From Acidimicrobiia bacterium (lineage in GTDB: Bacteria > Actinomycetota > Acidimicrobiia > Acidimicrobiales > Aldehydirespiratoraceae): a stretch of 60,518 nucleotides of DNA. Shown piece after piece: positions 57,772-60,518 of this stretch (position 1 is its first letter; the number at the start of each line of letters is the position of its first letter). Under the pieces are notes generated by a model. It was not told the DNA's origin and did no database searches. It was given only the letters and a program-made list of their open reading frames with translations. The DNA lies in contig JAHQYN010000006.1 in the NCBI GenBank assembly GCA_024421085.1, positions 1-60,518 of the forward strand, read 5' to 3'. The position numbers and the translations under genes are program-made.

Positions 57772-57959
57772 ACCACTTCAAATTATCCGAAATCTATGAA
57801 ACATCAGCGAAAATATCACCCAGGCTCGGTTCGTTTCCGGTTCAGACACAGCGATTCAAGCTGCGCACTCCTGCTCCCCAGCGCCTATCCGGCATGGTTT
57901 TTCGGGTGACTCCCGTAGGCTTGAGATCGCCCTGAGGGTCTGAACAAGGTGGTAATCGG

Positions 57960-58883
57960 ATGCATGGAAGTCGATGGCGGATGTTCGTCGCAGCACTGGC
58001 AACGGTGGCCGTTGTGCTCTTCGGAGCGGTGGCGTGCGGCGACGATGACGACGGCGGAGCGACAGCGGGCCCACCGGCCAAGACCGAGCGGGACGCGTAC
58101 ACCAAGTGGTATGTGCAGCAGGCGCTGGACCGGTACGAGGAGACCGGCGGAGAAGCCACGATCGACTACTACAACAATGAGGCGGGCTCCGACGACCAGT
58201 GGTACCTGTTCATCATGGACGCAGACTCGGGTCTCCTTGCCGCCCATGCCACCATCCCCTCGCGGGTTGGCACCAACTCGGGCGAGCGGGTGGACATAAC
58301 GGGATACGCCTACGGCCCGGTCCTGAAGGCCTCCGATGAGGACGGGCAATGGGTTGACTACGTCTTCTACAACCCGCAGACCGACGACGGCGGTACCAAA
58401 CACACCTGGGCCGTTCGACGGGACAATCTCATCTTCGCGTCGGGCTGGTACGAGGACTCCTATCCCTCGCCCCCGCCCAGCAAGGCGGAGCCTGGTTCCT
58501 ACACGCAGGCGTTCGTCGAGGACGCGGTGTGGTTCTACGAGAGCAACGGCCGCGATGCCCTGATCGAGCATTTCAACGACCCCGACAGCACCGATCCCGC
58601 GAGTGTGGAGGACCAGTGGTACGGGTTCGTCACCGACCTCGACGGTGTGGTGGTGTCTCATCCCACGTTCCCGGACAACGTCGGTATGACTCTTCACGAA
58701 CTTCTCGGCGCCACCCCCGAGGGCCTGGTCGCCGCCGACGAACTGATGACCGCCACCGAGACGGGCAATTGGGTGGACTACTCCTATACCAACCCCCTGA
58801 GCGGTGATTGGGAGACCAAGCACACCTGGATCGTCAAGCGGGACGACATCCTCATCGGCTCAGGCTGGTACGAAGCCGGCTAG
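57960..58883 (+). CDS. Lipoprotein with two tandem Cache domains
   Basis: Lipobox AVAC; two repeats each with QWY.F, WVDY…NP, KHTW and SGWYE. Confidence 0.85.
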   Translation: MHGSRWRMFVAALATVAVVLFGAVACGDDDDGGATAGPPAKTERDAYTKWYVQQALDRYEETGGEATIDYYNNEAGSDDQWYLFIMDADSGLLAAHATIPSRVGTNSGERVDITGYAYGPVLKASDEDGQWVDYVFYNPQTDDGGTKHTWAVRRDNLIFASGWYEDSYPSPPPSKAEPGSYTQAFVEDAVWFYESNGRDALIEHFNDPDSTDPASVEDQWYGFVTDLDGVVVSHPTFPDNVGMTLHELLGATPEGLVAADELMTATETGNWVDYSYTNPLSGDWETKHTWIVKRDDILIGSGWYEAG

Positions 58884-58973
58884 GTCGGTCTGCAGGGTGA
58901 GTCTGGCCCGCGGGCCGCGTGTGCGAGCGAAGACATTGCTGGGCAGAACGACTGGTTGTCGAGTTCGTGCGTG

Positions 58974-60164
58974 TCAGAGGGTCCACATGTACGCGTCGGC
59001 AAGCAGGGCACCGCCGTCGGGTCCGAACTCGGCGCCGCCAACGACCACGATCGCGTCACCTACTGAAGCGGCTCGGCGCGTCACGAACGTCTGATTCTCG
59101 ATGTCGCTCGAACTCGGGTCGGTCTCGGAGTCGAGCGGGGCGAGTTCGAACCACTCGTCGGTGGTGGCGTCGAAGAAAGCGCCTCTCGTGCTTCCGGCAA
59201 CAAGATCTGTGCCCGAGATGCCGCCGGAGGACGAGATGTCTTTGCGGCCCCTGCCCGGTGCGTTCGGGAGCTCGCCCCACTCGTTGGTGGTGGTGTCGAA
59301 CACGGCACCGTAGGGAATGCATCGGCCGTAATTGTTGGTTTCTCCGCCGTCAGCGCAGCCGAGCACGGGCGCGATCAACCGATGCCGGTCGACTAGCGCT
59401 GGGGCCGGGCCGATCGTGTCGGCGGTCGGCAAGGCGGTCCAGGCACCGTCTTCGTATCGGGCGGCTCGGGTGTACGACGGTCCACCGGCACCGCCGGGCG
59501 ATTCGACGAGCGCCTTGCCGAACAGAAAGAGCGTTTCGCCGTTCCAGACCATCGATCGACTGTAAGAGGGGCCGAGAGGATCGTCGGGCAGTTCGCTCCA
59601 CGACTGCTCGGCGGGGTCGAACACCCAGCCCGGTACTGGGCCGGCCTCATGCGTGCGCCCATAGAGGACGATGGTGTCGTCGGTGGCGACAACTGAATTC
59701 CTCCCCAATGGGGCAGTATCGTCCGGCAGATCCATCTGTACCCAGGCATCGTCGCTTACGTCGTAGGCGATGAGTTCCCGGTGCCCGGGGCCCAGGCCTC
59801 GGGTGAGAGCGAACACCTGGTCGCCGAGCACCGCGGTGTCGGCGACCAGCGTCGGAACCGGCAGGTCCGCGATCGGTCGCCACTCGTTCAACGAGCGATC
59901 GAAGGCCGCCCCGTCGGAATAGGCGACGGAGTCACCGTAATCGCAGTCGGCGCCGACCCCGCACAGGAGGTCGGTGCCGCCGAACACGATCACGTCATCA
60001 CCAACACCGACGATGTTCGCGTCGTCGCGGCTGCTCAGCGGCGGATCAGGCAGCCGGTCCCAACCGCCGCGTTCGGCAAGATCAATCGGCTTGTCCTGAC
60101 CGCATCCCGCCAGGCCCAGTACCACCACGCTAAGCACTCCCAGACCGATCCTCACAGCACTCAT
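58974..60164 (-). CDS. Kelch-repeat beta-propeller lipoprotein
   Basis: Lipobox LAGC from ATG 60164; repeated GG…(F/Y)D…W..LP..P motifs. Confidence 0.85.
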   Translation of the reverse strand: MSAVRIGLGVLSVVVLGLAGCGQDKPIDLAERGGWDRLPDPPLSSRDDANIVGVGDDVIVFGGTDLLCGVGADCDYGDSVAYSDGAAFDRSLNEWRPIADLPVPTLVADTAVLGDQVFALTRGLGPGHRELIAYDVSDDAWVQMDLPDDTAPLGRNSVVATDDTIVLYGRTHEAGPVPGWVFDPAEQSWSELPDDPLGPSYSRSMVWNGETLFLFGKALVESPGGAGGPSYTRAARYEDGAWTALPTADTIGPAPALVDRHRLIAPVLGCADGGETNNYGRCIPYGAVFDTTTNEWGELPNAPGRGRKDISSSGGISGTDLVAGSTRGAFFDATTDEWFELAPLDSETDPSSSDIENQTFVTRRAASVGDAIVVVGGAEFGPDGGALLADAYMWTL

Positions 60165-60177
60165 ACCAGTCTGACGA

Positions 60178-60518
60178 TCACCGCGCACGATTGGTTCCCT
60201 GCAAGACACCCATGAGCTCGCGAATGGCGGTTGCGGATTCGCTGTTGTCGTCGCAGGCGCGGGCCCATCCGGCGGCGTCGGAGTGGTGGGTGTCGTCTTG
60301 GATTGTGGTCGCCGCGCCACGATCGAGCAGTAACTGGACCATGTCTCGGCGCTGGAACTGGACCGCGAAATGCAGCGCTGTTGTGTTGCGAAGGGGCGCG
60401 CGTCGATGTCTGCGCCGCTCTCGAGGAGGTAGTTGACGACGGCGCGCCGGTTGTTCAACGCTGCGAAAACGAAGGCCTCGCCGAGGATCTCGCTCGGGTC
60501 GTCGGAAGGCGCCGCGCC
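60178..60518 (-). pseudogene. Ankyrin-repeat protein, 3' part, frameshifted near 60390
   Basis: AALNNRRAVVNYLLESGADIDARP continues in another frame as RNTTALHFAVQFQRRDMVQLLLDRGA to a stop at 60178. Confidence 0.75.

Noticed and set aside
58974-60458. Genuine ankyrin-Kelch fusion protein
   Set aside because: An internal signal peptide/lipobox at 60164 and the out-of-frame ankyrin continuation show that it results from a frameshift.

Overview
High-GC actinobacterial DNA. Gene content (SpoIID-SLH protein, stand-alone Cache lipoproteins, DUF222-HNH, Kelch and ankyrin proteins) suggests Acidimicrobiia, possibly host-associated; this is inference only. All family assignments come from motif recognition and recall, not database searches. 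1-15.6 kb is a rearranged accessory region: the 3' end of a DUF499 ATPase, an AAA-ATPase/wHTH/nuclease gene preceded by six 16-bp palindromic repeats, an aromatic catabolism operon interrupted by a ~1.1-kb islet bounded by a duplicated gene end, an N6-adenine methyltransferase, and many gene stumps (AbiEii, DUF5615, MarR, DUF6119, two P450s, ferredoxin, GntR). 15.8-21.5 kb is housekeeping (copA, pepA, moeB). 21.6-37.3 kb is a cell-surface glycan locus (rmlACBD, GT2, GT39-like, CsaB-like pyruvyl transferase, wzm/wzt, SLH protein). 37.3-51.7 kb holds metabolism, a selenocysteine-containing SelD that the ORF track truncates, ion-transport genes and a TMEM260-like protein. 51.7-60.5 kb is a second accessory region. 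Three copies of a ~135-bp MITE, two candidate transposase-less IS110-like remnants and many tandem repeats are scattered through the window. No rRNA, tRNA or CRISPR array was found.
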